A DNA stretch of 63,604 nt, filler included, from Octopus bimaculoides (GCF_001194135.2; 6 parts of 6 records of this genome joined end to end with filler, not necessarily neighbours in it); one strand, 5' to 3'; positions 39,738-51,756 are shown, counted from the first letter of the whole stretch. The notes: generated by a model from the letters alone, not told the origin. Program-made: numbers and translations.

Positions 39738-40434
39738 CTAGGTGGGTGATAGAAAGGTAGTGACTTTTGTGGTTTTTGTAGACATTTGAAAAACCTTTAC
39801 TTTCGGGAAAGGAACAAATTTATTGTTTTCGAGGCAAAATCTTAAGTGTGCTCGCATTTTTGACTGATCAAATAGAAACTTCTCTGGAGCGTTTCTAATG
39901 ACCAGTTCAAATGCATACGCCAGGGCAAAAAGCCACAATCATATGCGCCAACTTGGGGATTAATTATATGAACTTGTTGAATTGTAGGAATAATGTTTGT
40001 TTGTGGTGAATACAAGGTTGCTATTTGTGCCATTAGTTCCTGCGAAACTGGTAAATTCAAACTGTCATAAATATAAACATCTCTGAAAAAATTTGTTGAT
40101 AAGACAAAATGATTGTTCCTGGTGTGATGAATAAACAGTGTGCAGTGTGGATTGAATGTTAAAAATTCCGTGTGAGAAAAAAATGGTTGGTTGTATTGGA
40201 ATTTCTAGAAAATTTTCCGTTACNNNNNNNNNNNNNNNNNNNNNNNNNNNNNNNNNNNNNNNNNNNNNNNNNNNNNNNNNNNNNNNNNNNNNNNNNNNNN
40301 NNNNNNNNNNNNNNNNNNNNNNNNNNNNNNNNNNNNNNNNNNNNNNNNNNNNNNNNNNNNNNACCCGAGATCTCCACAATGTCTGCACCAGGCAGTATTA
40401 ATTTTGAACGATAGTGTTCAATAATAGCTTCCAT
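39738..40434 (-). pseudogene. Ulp1/C48-like cysteine protease domain, frameshifted
   Basis: Manual splice of three frames gives LFIHHTRNNHFVLSTNFFRDVYIYDSLNLP...PQVGAYDCG(L)FALAYAFELV..NAPEKFLFDQSKMRAHLRFCLEN, with the His-Asp-(Gln)-Cys order of clan CE proteases. Confidence 0.75.
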
Positions 40435-40691
40435 TATGAATAAGATGGCAGGAGAATATCATCAAATTTATACAAAACTGTTTGATTGAATATTCTTCTT
40501 TCTCTCTTTTTCTTTCCTTTTTTTCTGTCGTCTTCTTTTTTCTATTTTTTTGTCTTTTTCTTTTTGCCTGTTATAGAATTGTAACTTAAAAACTGATGAT
40601 GTCATTCCATCAACGTGTGGACGCTGGTTGCTCTCGTTCATACTTTACGTTTAAATTTCTGTAATTTTTGAATTTTTAATCACCTCTTATT

Positions 40692-40734
40692 TTGAACTTG
40701 ACAAAGACAGACATACTGTTGAAATATCGTTCAA
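40692..40734 (+). ncRNA. Type I hammerhead motif, U3-A8 variant, in the right (inverted) pseudo-LTR
   Basis: TTGAAC | TTGACAA | A | GACAG-acata-CTGTT | GAAAT-ATC | GTTCAA. Confidence 0.72.
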
Positions 40735-40777
40735 CTAATAAAATATCTTACAATCGAATCGCGCTCTTCGTCTTGAC

Positions 40778-40847
<70 letters not shown>

Positions 40848-42672
40848 GCCTTTGCACAGCTTCTAAGGTAACACCTATTTTTCGAACATCTTCTGGAGTA
40901 TTCGAGCGGTTCCAAGCAGTACTGTTTTCTGCACGTGCTCTTTGTTCCACGTACTTATCGAGATTTTTGCTCACTCTTCCCAGGGCTCCGACAATCATTG
41001 GTACTACTGCTACCTTTTTCACCGACTACAACTACTTAACTTCCCAAGCTAACTTGTCATATCTCTCAACTTTTCTTTCTTTCTTATCGCATACCTTGTT
41101 GTCAGGTGGGCATGCTATATCTATGATCTAGCATAGTTTGTTTTCTTTCTCAATTAAGACTATGTCCGGCTTCCTATTCTTTATCCCATGGTTGCACTGA
41201 ATCATAAAATCCCATAGGATTTTTGCATTTCTAAATTCGACGACGCCTTCAGGTTTGTGGTCGTACCAATTTTTTGCTCTGTCAAGTCCATACTTGTTGC
41301 AAAGTGTCCAATGGATAAGCCTGGCTATATTGTCGTGGCGTCTCTTATATTCCTTCTGGGCTAGTGGCGTACATTGACTGGTAATATGCCTTACGGTTTC
41401 ACCGGTTTGTCAACAGATTCTGCACTTATCACTTTCTGATGTGTTGTCTATTCTGTATTTTATATAATTTGTTCTTAGTGCTTGCTCTCGGACAGCACAG
41501 GTTAGAGTCTCCGTTTCCGGTTTGAAATCACTTTTAGTCATCCACAGCCATTTTTGTCTGTCTTATCTTCAAAATCCCTATGAAATTGACCATGCATTCT
41601 TTTCTTTACCAATTTATTTTCAGTTTCATTCGTTTTCAATTTCTTGTACAGTGCTTTATTTTTGCCTGACCTTCTTACTTCTAATAATAGCGGTTCCGTG
41701 GCATTTTTTACATATTATGCTATGTTGATTTCTTCTGCTCTAATGCTGCGTTCGTATCCAATAAGTCCTCTCCCCCTCTTTTTCTTGGTACATGCAGTCA
41801 CTTTTGGGTGGAGTGTCCCATATCTAGTTAGCAACTTCCTTTTCTTTCTGTCTAAGCTATTTAGATCGTCTACTGTCCATGCGATTACCCCTGCTCCATA
41901 TCTAAGGAGTGAAATCGCCCAGGTGTTGATAGCTTCAATCTTATTCCGTCCGTTTAATTTCGACTTAAGTTTCAGTCTCAGTCTTCATCATAAATTTTTC
42001 TGTCATTTCTTTCTCCATCAATTTATCCATTTCCAATATCCCCAAGTACTTATAGCCCCTCTCTTTTATTTGCTTTATAACCTCTCCCGACGGTATCGTC
42101 AGCCCGTCCATACATTTGATTTTGCTCTTCTTCAAGACTAACACACCACACTTTCTCAGTCCTAACTCCATTCTGATATCAGCATTGAGGGTATACACCG
42201 TATCAACGAGGGAACTGACTTGGGCTTCATTTTTACCATAAAGTTTGAGGTCATCCATGAATGGTTGACTTTTGTTAATGGTTGACTTTTTGTTGGCGGC
42301 TTTTGAATACATACCCACCTTTTGCTTTCCTCAGAATCAGTGTGTTAGTGGTATAAAGCACAGTACAAAGATCAGTGGGAGCAGGCAGTCCCCTTGGAAG
42401 ATGCCCCTCCTAATTTCTACTGTCCCTAAACTTCTTCCGTATGCTGTCAAGTCCGTTCTCGAATTTGCCATACTTTTTCCAAGCAATCGCTCAACATTCA
42501 ATGCAATACAAAATAGGTTCATACATTCCATAATCCAAGAATCTGGGATCATATCGTACGCCTTATGATAGTCGATCCAAGACATGGCTAAGTTACTTTT
42601 CCTTCTCTTGCACTCTCTAAGTACAGTTTTGTCTGTCAGGAGCTGATCCTTGGTACCTCTGCACTTACGCTG
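40848..42672 (-). mobile_element. R4/Dong-clade non-LTR retrotransposon, 5'-truncated (RT, CCHC knuckle, restriction-like endonuclease)
   Basis: [46 protein letters not shown]...ETV.HITSQC, RKPDIVLIEK..IIDIACP, KTVLLGTARIL. The 3' end runs directly into (AAT)n. Confidence 0.93.
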
Positions 42673-42690
42673 TCATATTAGTATTATTAT

Positions 42691-42930
42691 TGAGAGAGCA
42701 GCGTATGCCATCAAAGTGATACTAGGGTACAAATATACGAAGCCCAATATACCCATCATGACTACCCGTTTAATAAGGGTATACTAGGCACATGCATCAC
42801 AACTATATGTGTGCGACATGGTGATCCCATATCAAGACAAACAGCGCATGACTTTGCAGGTAGGGTCCAGTTAGAATTTTCATCAGGTTGAGTAGCCTAT
42901 CCCGCTCAAAAGATCTCTTAATAAAGTTTG
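42691..42930 (-). mobile_element. (AAT)n-tailed retroposon (non-autonomous element or LINE 3' UTR); other copies at 43678-43795 and 45361-45842
   Basis: Shared 3' end ..tttgatggcat.c.ctgctctctca(ct)caataataat. Confidence 0.8.
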
Positions 42931-43044
42931 TTTGAACAAAACTGTACAAATCCAAATATATGGTACCCTAGGCATAACACCTACATGAACTTCTAACTTG
43001 TTTCCCATGTTTCCAGAGGTGAATTATTCAAACCCTAAAGAATT

Positions 43045-43200
43045 AAGGCTAGTTAGTTGCAATGACCGCAGTGCTCAACTGGTATTTATTTTATCGACAC
43101 CAAAAGCATGAAAAGCAAGTTGAACTCAGAAAGCAAAGACGGACGAAATGCCGCTATGCATTTTGTTCGTCTCGCCAATAATTCTGCTAACTCACCGCCT
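43045..43200 (-). mobile_element. tRNA-derived SINE family B, near-duplicate of 37305-37462
   Basis: Same internal deletion and same ttatttcagctaataa flank as the 37.3-kb copy. Confidence 0.8.
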
Positions 43201-43213
43201 TATTTCAGCTAAT

Positions 43214-43620
<407 letters not shown>

Positions 43621-43621
43621 A

Positions 43622-43677
<56 letters not shown>

Positions 43678-43679
<2 letters not shown>

Positions 43680-43795
43680 TGATGCAGGTGCCTGGTGCAC
43701 CCTTATAAGACGGGTAGTCATGATGGGTATACTGGGCTTCGTATATTTTACCACAGTGTCACTTTGATGTCATGCACTGCTCTCTCACTCAATAA
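43678..43795 (+). mobile_element. (AAT)n-tailed retroposon, 3' fragment
   Basis: Matches 45725-45842. Confidence 0.8.
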
Positions 43796-43809
43796 TAGTG
43801 ATAATTGTC

Positions 43810-44162
43810 GTAATAAATAAAAAAGAAAGAACATGTATGATAATCGACATAGCATGTCCCAATGAATGTGAAAGAAGAAAAAATAATCAACTATGATGAT
43901 TGAAGTGGGAAGTACGAACATTGTGGTGAATGAAGAGAGTAGACGTGATACCAATAGTAATTGGTAAACTTGGAAGTATCAGCACTCAACTACCAAAATG
44001 GTGCAAGTGTGAAGGTAGAACAGTTACAAACATCAGCATTGCTTGGAACTGCAAAGAATTCTTCGCAGGGTTCTTGAAGCATGACCAGTAAACAAGTGCC
44101 ACCTTAGTCTGTGGACAACTGACACTTTCCATCATACACAACAAAATAAGTTGTGAGTTTTC
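43810..44162 (+). mobile_element. R4/Dong-type element 3' end, different subfamily
   Basis: IDIACP..LKWEVRTLW..VDVIPIVIGKLG..QTSALLGTA.ILRRVLEA*, then an (AAT)n tail. Confidence 0.8.
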
Positions 44163-44218
44163 AAATAATAATAATAATGATAATGATAATAATAATAATA
44201 ATGATGATGATGATAATC

Positions 44219-44270
<52 letters not shown>

Positions 44271-44272
<2 letters not shown>

Positions 44273-44484
44273 GAAAAGGTCACAGAAAACGAGAAAGCAA
44301 CCATACTCTGGGATATGCCAATACACACAGATAGAGAAATTAAGGCAAATAGACCACATATAGGTGTCAAATATCATGAAGAAAAAAAATGCTTTCTAAT
44401 TGATGTATCAATACCAGCAGATGACAACGTTTCTCTAAAAGAAATGGAAAAACTTTCAAAATACAAAGACCTGGAAATAGAGAT
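44271..44484 (+). mobile_element. R4/Dong-type restriction-like endonuclease fragment (runs into a gap)
   Basis: ENEKATILWDMPIHTDREIKANRPHI..KKCFLIDVSIP.D.NVSLKEMEKLSKYKDLEIE. Confidence 0.9.
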
Positions 44485-45360
44485 NNNNNNNNNNNNNNNN
44501 NNNNNNNNNNNNNNNNNNNNNNNNNNNNNNNNNNNNNNNNNNNNNNNNNNNNNNNNNNNNNNNNNNNNNNNNNNNNNNNNNNNNNNNNNNNNNNNNNNNN
44601 NNNNNNNNNNNNNNNNNNNNNNNNNNNNNNNNNNNNNNNNNNNNNNNNNNNNNNNNNNNNNNNNNNNNNNNNNNNNNNNNNNNNNNNNNNNNNNNNNNNN
44701 NNNNNNNNNNNNNNNNNNNNNNNNNNNNNNNNNNNNNNNNNNNNNNNNNNNNNNNNNNNNNNNNNNNNNNNNNNNNNNNNNNNNNNNNNNNNNNNNNNNN
44801 NNNNNNNNNNNNNNNNNNNNNNNNNNNNNNNNNNNNNNNNNNNNNNNNNNNNNNNNNNNNNNNNNNNNNNNNNNNNNNNNNNNNNNNNNNNNNNNNNNNN
44901 NNNNNNNNNNNNNNNNNNNNNNNNNNNNNNNNNNNNNNNNNNNNNNNNNNNNNNNNNNNNNNNNNNNNNNNNNNNNNNNNNNNNNNNNNNNNNNNNNNNN
45001 NNNNNNNNNNNNNNNNNNNNNNNNNNNNNNNNNNNNNNNNNNNNNNNNNNNNNNNNNNNNNNNNNNNNNNNNNNNNNNNNNNNNNNNNNNNNNNNNNNNN
45101 NNNNNNNNNNNNNNNNNNNNNNNNNNNNNNNNNNNNNNNNNNNNNNNNNNNNNNNNNNNNNNNNNNNNNNNNNNNNNNNNNNNNNNNNNNNNNNNNNNNN
45201 NNNNNNNNNNNNNNNNNNNNNNNNNNNNNNNNNNNNNNNNNNNNNNNNNNNNNNNNNNNNNNNNNNNNNNNNNNNNNNNNNNNNNNNNNNNNNNNNNNNN
45301 NNNNNNNNNNNNNNNNNNNNNNNNNNNNNNNNNNNNNNNNNNNNNNNNNNNNNNNNNNNN

Positions 45361-45842
45361 TTTGTCTTGGTATAAAAAGATGGGCTACAGCAAATATTCT
45401 GCTTAATACCACAGATTTGCTTGTCAGTTGCTTGACCATAACCAGTTGATCATGTACCTTGGTGGCTGACGATATGTGCATCTCTGATCATGAGCAGAAG
45501 TAGTGGGGGTATATCATAGCCATGTGCTGAGAGGAATTCTTTGGGGTTTGAATAATTCATCTCTGGAAACATGGGTGTTTTGCTCAACATCCTTAAACAA
45601 ACCTTATTCAGGGACCTTTTGAGCGGGATGGGCTACTCGACCTGAAGAAAATTCTAACTGGGCCCCACCTGCGAGGTCATGCGCTGTTTATCTTGATATG
45701 AGATCACCATGTCGCGTACATATAGTTGTGATGCATGTGCCTGGTGTACCCTTATCAGACCGGTAGTCATGATAGGTGTAATGGGCTTCGTATATTTTAC
45801 CCCAGTGTCATTTTGATGGCATGCACTGCTCTCTCACTCAAT
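45361..45842 (+). mobile_element. (AAT)n-tailed retroposon, longest copy
   Basis: Its 3' ~240 bp match 42691-42930; ends ctctctcactcaataat. Confidence 0.8.
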
Positions 45843-45877
45843 AATGATAATAATAAAAATAATAAAAATGATAATAA

Positions 45878-46310
45878 CATGTTCAAAAATAACCCCAAAA
45901 ATTTCTACAGGAAGATAGGGAAAACACCAGTAACAATAAAGTCTGTCCCATCAAAAGAAGAAGTGCGGGAATTTTGGAATAAAATCTGGGCAGAAGATAA
46001 AACACACAATGAAAAGGCCCCTTGGGTTGATAGAATATCTACAGACTTAGACTCCTTAGAGGAGAAAAAGTGGGAGGGGATCAAAGTAGAAGATATAAGA
46101 TCTGCTCTCAGGAGGTCAAGCAAATGGAAGTCTCCAGGAAAAGATAAAATTCCTAGCTTCTGGTTGAATGCCTTCCCAGAGAGCCATGAACCGCTAACAA
46201 AACTTTACAACGATGTTTAGCAAAATCCTAGTATGATACCCTCTTGGCTAGTTAATGGTTTAACATTCCTGCTTCCAAAAACTGAGGAAACAAACGAACC
46301 AAAAGACACA
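45878..46310 (+). mobile_element. R4/Dong-type RT N-terminal fragment
   Basis: FKNNPKNFYRKI..PSKEEVREFWNKIW..WKSPGKDKIPSFWL..PSWL..GLTFLLPK. Confidence 0.85.
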
Positions 46311-46643
46311 ATTACCACCTTAAAATCTCCGAGAATAACAAACCACATTTTAGGCTAGCAAAAGAAAGAAAATGAATCAAAACTTTAAAATCGTGAAGCA
46401 TGTTACGTAATGACAGGCTAATCAGATATGACATAATAACAATTCAAAGTAAATAACTCTGAAAAAGGATTTTGTGCGTTCCCAGAAAATATTGCCCTCA
46501 GAGACGCTAGTGTTGTTATATTCGTAAATACGTCACTAACCGCAATAAGTGGATCTATTGTTTAGGAAAATACTCTTTGTTTGTTTAAAGGTTGTACTGG
46601 ATAAATTGCGAAAATAACTCTAACAGTTCANNNNNNNNNNATA

Positions 46644-47216
46644 TTGAAAACCAACGGGTATCCTAGATCCATTATAAATCGGCTTAAGTACTCAAGACGA
46701 CCAACACGCCGAACACATAGAAAATCCAGCAACACATGCTTCCTTAAAATACCCAATTTTAGCGAGAGGATAACTACAGCCATCCGAACAGCCATAAGAA
46801 GAGAAGGGCTAGACATACAACTAACCCAATCCGGCCCCTCTCTGCGCGAACACCTCGCAAAGAAACGAATAAGGGACAACAATCAATGCACATTAACAAA
46901 TTGTCCCATCCGTGACACAGATTTATGCCAACGAGTAAATACTGTGTATAGAATACAATGTAACAAATGCAACAAGTTCTATGTGGGTAGCACAAGACCG
47001 TTACACGTCCGCATCAAAGAACATCTGAACACGAGAGCCTCCTCCTTCAGAAAACATCTAGACAGATGCCGGAACACTGACAAAAGCATAACAGTCACAA
47101 TTGAGGACAATGAAAGAAATTTGGGTAATTTAAGAATTAAGGAAGCATTATTCATACACAGACTAGGACCCCAAATTAACAATAGGCTGGAGATTGGTAA
47201 TCAATATACTATTTAG
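46644..47216 (+). CDS. GIY-YIG endonuclease C-terminal ORF fragment of a PLE (5' end lost in a gap)
   Basis: Open 190-codon frame with VY..YVG, R..EH and EAL.I...P.IN motifs. Confidence 0.85.
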   Translation: MKTNGYPRSIINRLKYSRRPTRRTHRKSSNTCFLKIPNFSERITTAIRTAIRREGLDIQLTQSGPSLREHLAKKRIRDNNQCTLTNCPIRDTDLCQRVNTVYRIQCNKCNKFYVGSTRPLHVRIKEHLNTRASSFRKHLDRCRNTDKSITVTIEDNERNLGNLRIKEALFIHRLGPQINNRLEIGNQYTI

Positions 47217-47449
47217 CTACATCTGGACGTGTGTACGTTCATTCTTAACAACATGCTCATGTATTGTTTATAACAAAAAAAAGAGAAGCTGCACGTAAAA
47301 CACATAACTTAGAAGCAGCGCTACAGATATACCAACACACACGAGATAAGGAATTATGTAAGGAGCTTCGTGAGACCACTACTGAGACACTTCCGAAAAA
47401 AAAGAAAAGCCGTTAGTAAACAGTTTATAGCAGAGACTCCAACTTAGAA

Positions 47450-47484
47450 GATCTGAAGAAGGAATTGTATTCTGAAATATCATC
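47450..47484 (+). ncRNA. Degenerate minimal hammerhead-like motif
   Basis: GAT | CTGAAGA | A | GGAAT-tgt-ATTCT | GAAAT-ATC | ATC; only a 3-bp stem I. Confidence 0.5.
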
Positions 47485-47741
47485 GGACTATAGATAACTA
47501 GACTACAACAAGTATATAGTCCATTTTTTTGTATTATGGTATATATATATATAATGTTATTAGGGACAAAATCCATAATTACAGGTAAAAACTCAATTAA
47601 AATCAATTTATAAAAAATTAAAATTAAATTGAGCTTTACAGNNNNNNNNNNNNNNNNNNNNNNNNNNNNNNNNNNNNNNNNNNNNTTAATTAATTAANNN
47701 NNNNNNNNNNNNNNNNNNNNNNNNNNNNNNNNNNNNNNNNN

Positions 47742-47776
<35 letters not shown>

Positions 47777-48017
47777 TATGTATGAATGCATATGCAAGTA
47801 TACGTATATGCACTGTATCAATAATAATACGTATGTGTATAGACGAACATCTAAATAGACTGGAAATCGCATGATCTGTTTGTGTACAAATATTAAAATA
47901 AATATTCAATATGTGAATAGAAAATAGATTACGTTGATACAGTTTGCTTACATGTTAAACCTCTATGAGCGCATCTGTTTGCGTCTATGTGTGTATGTAT
48001 GGGTGTGTATACATATA

Positions 48018-48055
<38 letters not shown>

Positions 48056-48198
48056 NNNNNNNNNNTATATATATATATATATATATATATAAATATATAT
48101 ATATATGTATGTGTGCGTCTGTATGTAATATATATAATACAAATAATATGTGAGTGTATGCATATATATATACGTACATGTATGTACATACCTACGTC

Positions 48199-48242
<44 letters not shown>

Positions 48243-48476
48243 NNNNNNNNNNNNNNNNNNNNNNNNNNNNNNNNNNNNNNNNNNNNNNNNNNNNNNNNNN
48301 NNNNNNNNNNNNNCATACACACACATTCGCAAAAACATCTTTTGAATAGAAAATGTCGAAGTCAGCTTTTGACTTTTTCTAAACGAAGGACTTTTTAACC
48401 CACAGTTAGACCACTACTAAATGTCTTCTATACAGAGAATCTCTCTGGGTCTCATCTGTGAACCATCCATCCATCC

Positions 48477-48515
<39 letters not shown>

Positions 48516-48698
48516 TGCATATATTGGGATTGATAATATTGGGATAAAGTGCAGGAAATTCACCACTAGAAATAATTTTGACTGTTACATATTTATATGT
48601 ATGCATATATATAACTTCCGGTCATTTCAAAATGTAACCACCTGTGAGCTGTTGGTGATTTTCTTTCTCCGGCTTCGCTTCTTTTGGACTTTCCGCTA

Positions 48699-48732
48699 TT
48701 TCTGAAGAAGAGCATTTGTTCGAAACGCTAAA
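48699..48732 (+). ncRNA. Degenerate hammerhead-like motif in a short PLE-type tail (about 48615-48760)
   Basis: TTT | CTGAAGA | A | GAGC-attt-GTTC | GAAAC-GCT | AAA; the cleavage triplet is mutated. Confidence 0.4.
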
Positions 48733-48981
48733 CCATCTTTCTTTCCTTTCCATATATATAGGTGAATAGATACATACTTACATACACAACAGTAACATGT
48801 CATGGATCACTTCACCTTTCGTACATCCAGTCAATGGAGAGTCGATTAAACGATTAATTAACGTAATAATTCTAAAGTTCGTTGTATTTATTAATTATAA
48901 TTAATAATTATGTAGTTCTCATGCAGATCATGCACCTGAGTATTTGCCCTGCTCCTTATTTCAGATTCCCTTCAAATTTAC

Positions 48982-49037
<56 letters not shown>

Positions 49038-50167
49038 AGTTAAGTTCGTTTGGTAGGACATTACTAAAGACTATATTACGCTGAAAATGGTGTAATAAGA
49101 CCGGAACATAACTAGAATTTTCACAAAGCTGTACAGTCAAGTTCAGACCCACTTCTACTACATATATTACTCATTTGTGATTATTCTCCCCACCTATCTT
49201 GACCAGAATTAACGAGCAAGCTAATGAGCATTTCTCCTCACCACATGCATAATTTTACTTAGTTAATATTTCCTCGTTCACTCTATTAAATATATTAGCA
49301 CCGACTACACCATTTGTTTGGGTTTTTTTTTTCATGCAGAGCACATCCCTGTCTATTTCTCCACAAGTCCTTAAATAATTAACAGTCCTGTAGCGGGGAG
49401 CTATTTAATGGGCTGTTACCTCACGCTAGGTATTTCAGCTCTCATACCAGGGTATAAGAAATACTTATTTACTTTTATGCTTCTGTGTAATTTCCCGCTG
49501 TGAGCGATAAAAAAAAACTTGATCCTACTTTAGCGTGTTAATTTTGCTGCATATATTAACCCTGCTTTTATCAATTTGATAATTATTTATCGTGTGCGGA
49601 AGGGTTTAATTTATCTGAAAGCGAAATGGCTGCAACAAAGCAAATTGGCAGACTTATAAGAGCTTTGGATAATATTCATAGCTATATTTTTTCTGAATCT
49701 TGGCGGTCTGAGTACAAATTCCACCAAAATCAATTTTCCCGTTATTTCCATTGTGGGTCGACGGAAAAAGAAAAGCACTAATCTAAGGCAACAGATTAAC
49801 GGAATAGTTATGTAATTCAAGCTGGATGCTTTGCTCCATGTGTTCCGGCTCTTAGCATGTTGATGCTATGATAGAGCTGTACAAAGCTCTATCGGCCCAA
49901 AGCCCAGGCCATCTTCTTGCTAAATGTTAGTGGCCTGGTGAGAACAGAATTGCATGTATGAACAACTGGAGATTTTCTTTAAAAATAACTTGCCTACGCA
50001 TGCGCATACAAGTGCAAACCCCATAGTCAACCCTAACCAGCAGATGACTTCATCTTCTCTACTCAAGTATAACAAACTACAGTTTTATATTCAAGAGATG
50101 AGGAATTATGTACATTATTTACATTATTTACATTCGACGGATATTTGTCCTCATTTTGTTTGTTGTT

Positions 50168-50212
50168 AACACAACTTTCGGCTGATATACTCTCCAGCCT
50201 TCATCAGGTGTC
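50168..50212 (-). ncRNA. Minimal type I hammerhead motif in a ~190-bp PLE-type terminal repeat (about 50085-50270)
   Basis: GACAC | CTGATGA | A | GGCTG-gagagtatat-CAGCC | GAAA-GTT | GTGTT: canonical CUGAUGA box; the C of GAAAC is missing. Confidence 0.65.
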
Positions 50213-51756
50213 TTGTGGAAATTTCGAACCTGGGTTCTCATTCCTAAGGTATTTTTCGATGTTATTATTATTAATATTATTATCGTTATTATCCTTTTCA
50301 TTTAAGACAGTACAGTATATTATTGGAGGTAGATTTGGTAGTCGTTTCTAGCAAGTGGGGAAACGGCTTAGAGGTTCCTCCTCTTGTTGGCGCAAACAAA
50401 ATAATTATAGAAGAAATAAATAAATTAAAAAAAAAAAACGAAATTAAAATAAAAGGAAGTAGATTCAGCTTGCAATCGAAACCGGATAGCCTACACGGTT
50501 CGTTGCTATCGTACCTATACTTTTACGGCAGTCACTATGTAATGTAATGTATATATAATGACAATGGCTTTAAATGCCAAATTAAGGTTCCCCTTCACAT
50601 AATATACACTGTTACATTTGTCAATTAGTACACAGGCAGTATTCAATAGGCTGTTGGGAATTACTTGAAACTTCAATTAAAACAAACAAACCGCCAAAAT
50701 CTGGGTAACAGATAGTCAAAGAGTGAATAGCCGACACGTTATTCCAGCAAAAGCCGGCAGGTGGCAACACTGCTTGTCAGACACATTTTGAAGAATTCGT
50801 TCAGTCTTTTTCTCGTCAAATTCTTCCTTGCTTTCTCTAAATCGCGCTCTCTCTCTCTCTCTCTTCTCTCTCCTCCGCCTCTTCCTTCCTTCTTTCCTTT
50901 CTCCTGTTCTTTCTTTCTTTCTTTCATTTTTGTCCCCCCCCACCTCTCTTTTTCTCTGTCACCGTTTCTCATACTTTCTTCCTAACTCGGCCTGTCTTTC
51001 TTTTTAAAGTAAATCTTAGAGTCTCTTTGGACGTTGTTCTTCCTTTGCTAAGATGGGCGTCACCTCCAAATCTTACAGCTGCTGTTGGCATCAGTTAAAC
51101 TAATTCCCTATCTGTGTCAATAAAGGACATTTTCAGTTTTGCTTTCACAATTTATGCATATTTTCCGTATGCATACACACAATAATACCTAAAAGCACGA
51201 CATGCCATCACACATATACGCAAATACAGTCTCTCTCCTCCCCTCCTCTCGTTCACACACACACACACAATTACACACACAGACACACGTATATATAATA
51301 TATGTATGAGAGCACATACACTTGCACACGCCCGTTACAAAATTATTGACACGTAAGCAAAGTCACATGTGAGATCACATAGTTTTAGATCCTTGAACTA
51401 AACGCAATGCACTCATATTATATATAAACACACGCATACTCTCACACACATATACACACTTACATATACGCGCATACATGCACACACATACATACACACA
51501 CACACACACACATTCATACACACACACGCGCAAATATGTACATGCGTCCAGCTCAATAAGCTGTGGTATGTTCTTCAGCAGCGCCATTTCGGGTAAATTA
51601 GTCTTATTGAATTTTTGAACTGTAAAAGCATATAAGCTGAAGATTGTTGGTTGCGGAGCTGTAGGAATTTCTTCTTGTCTTCACAACTGCTTTCCAGGCA
51701 TACAGAAATATATTCAAGTTATTCCATGCCGTTACAAAAGGAATAAAATGAAGTCC

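Larger units (their letters stand above)
37665..40777 (-). mobile_element. Penelope-like element with inverted pseudo-LTRs, an upstream cysteine-protease region and RT; no GIY-YIG visible
   Basis: Inverted ~270-bp arms at 37705-37970 and 40495-40777, each abutting (TTA/TAT)n. The RT frame at 38210-39643 has VINLSKRKLS..LGLSFCP, LVTMDVSSLYPNI and YHQTKGCATGTPM..FANVFM, then IEFLDTKV..LFCKPT..YLHRRSDHP (37970-38200). Confidence 0.93.
46641..47580 (+). mobile_element. Penelope/Poseidon-like PLE 3' portion (thumb end, linker, GIY-YIG, tail)
   Basis: NGYPRSII..; VYRIQCNKCNKFYVGSTRPLHVRIKEH..LRIKEALFIHRLGPQIN; hammerhead-like motif about 235 nt after the stop. Confidence 0.92.

Noticed and set aside
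40593-40625. Second CTGATGA box in the pseudo-LTR (also at about 37858-37890, minus strand)
   Set aside because: Both copies lack the GAAA box after the GATG/CATC hairpin, so no hammerhead core can be drawn.
45605-45685. Possible HDV-like or hammerhead ribozyme in the (AAT)n-tailed retroposon (cctgaagaaaattctaactgggcc)
   Set aside because: No GAAA box, and I could not place P1/P3 pairings for an HDV-like fold.
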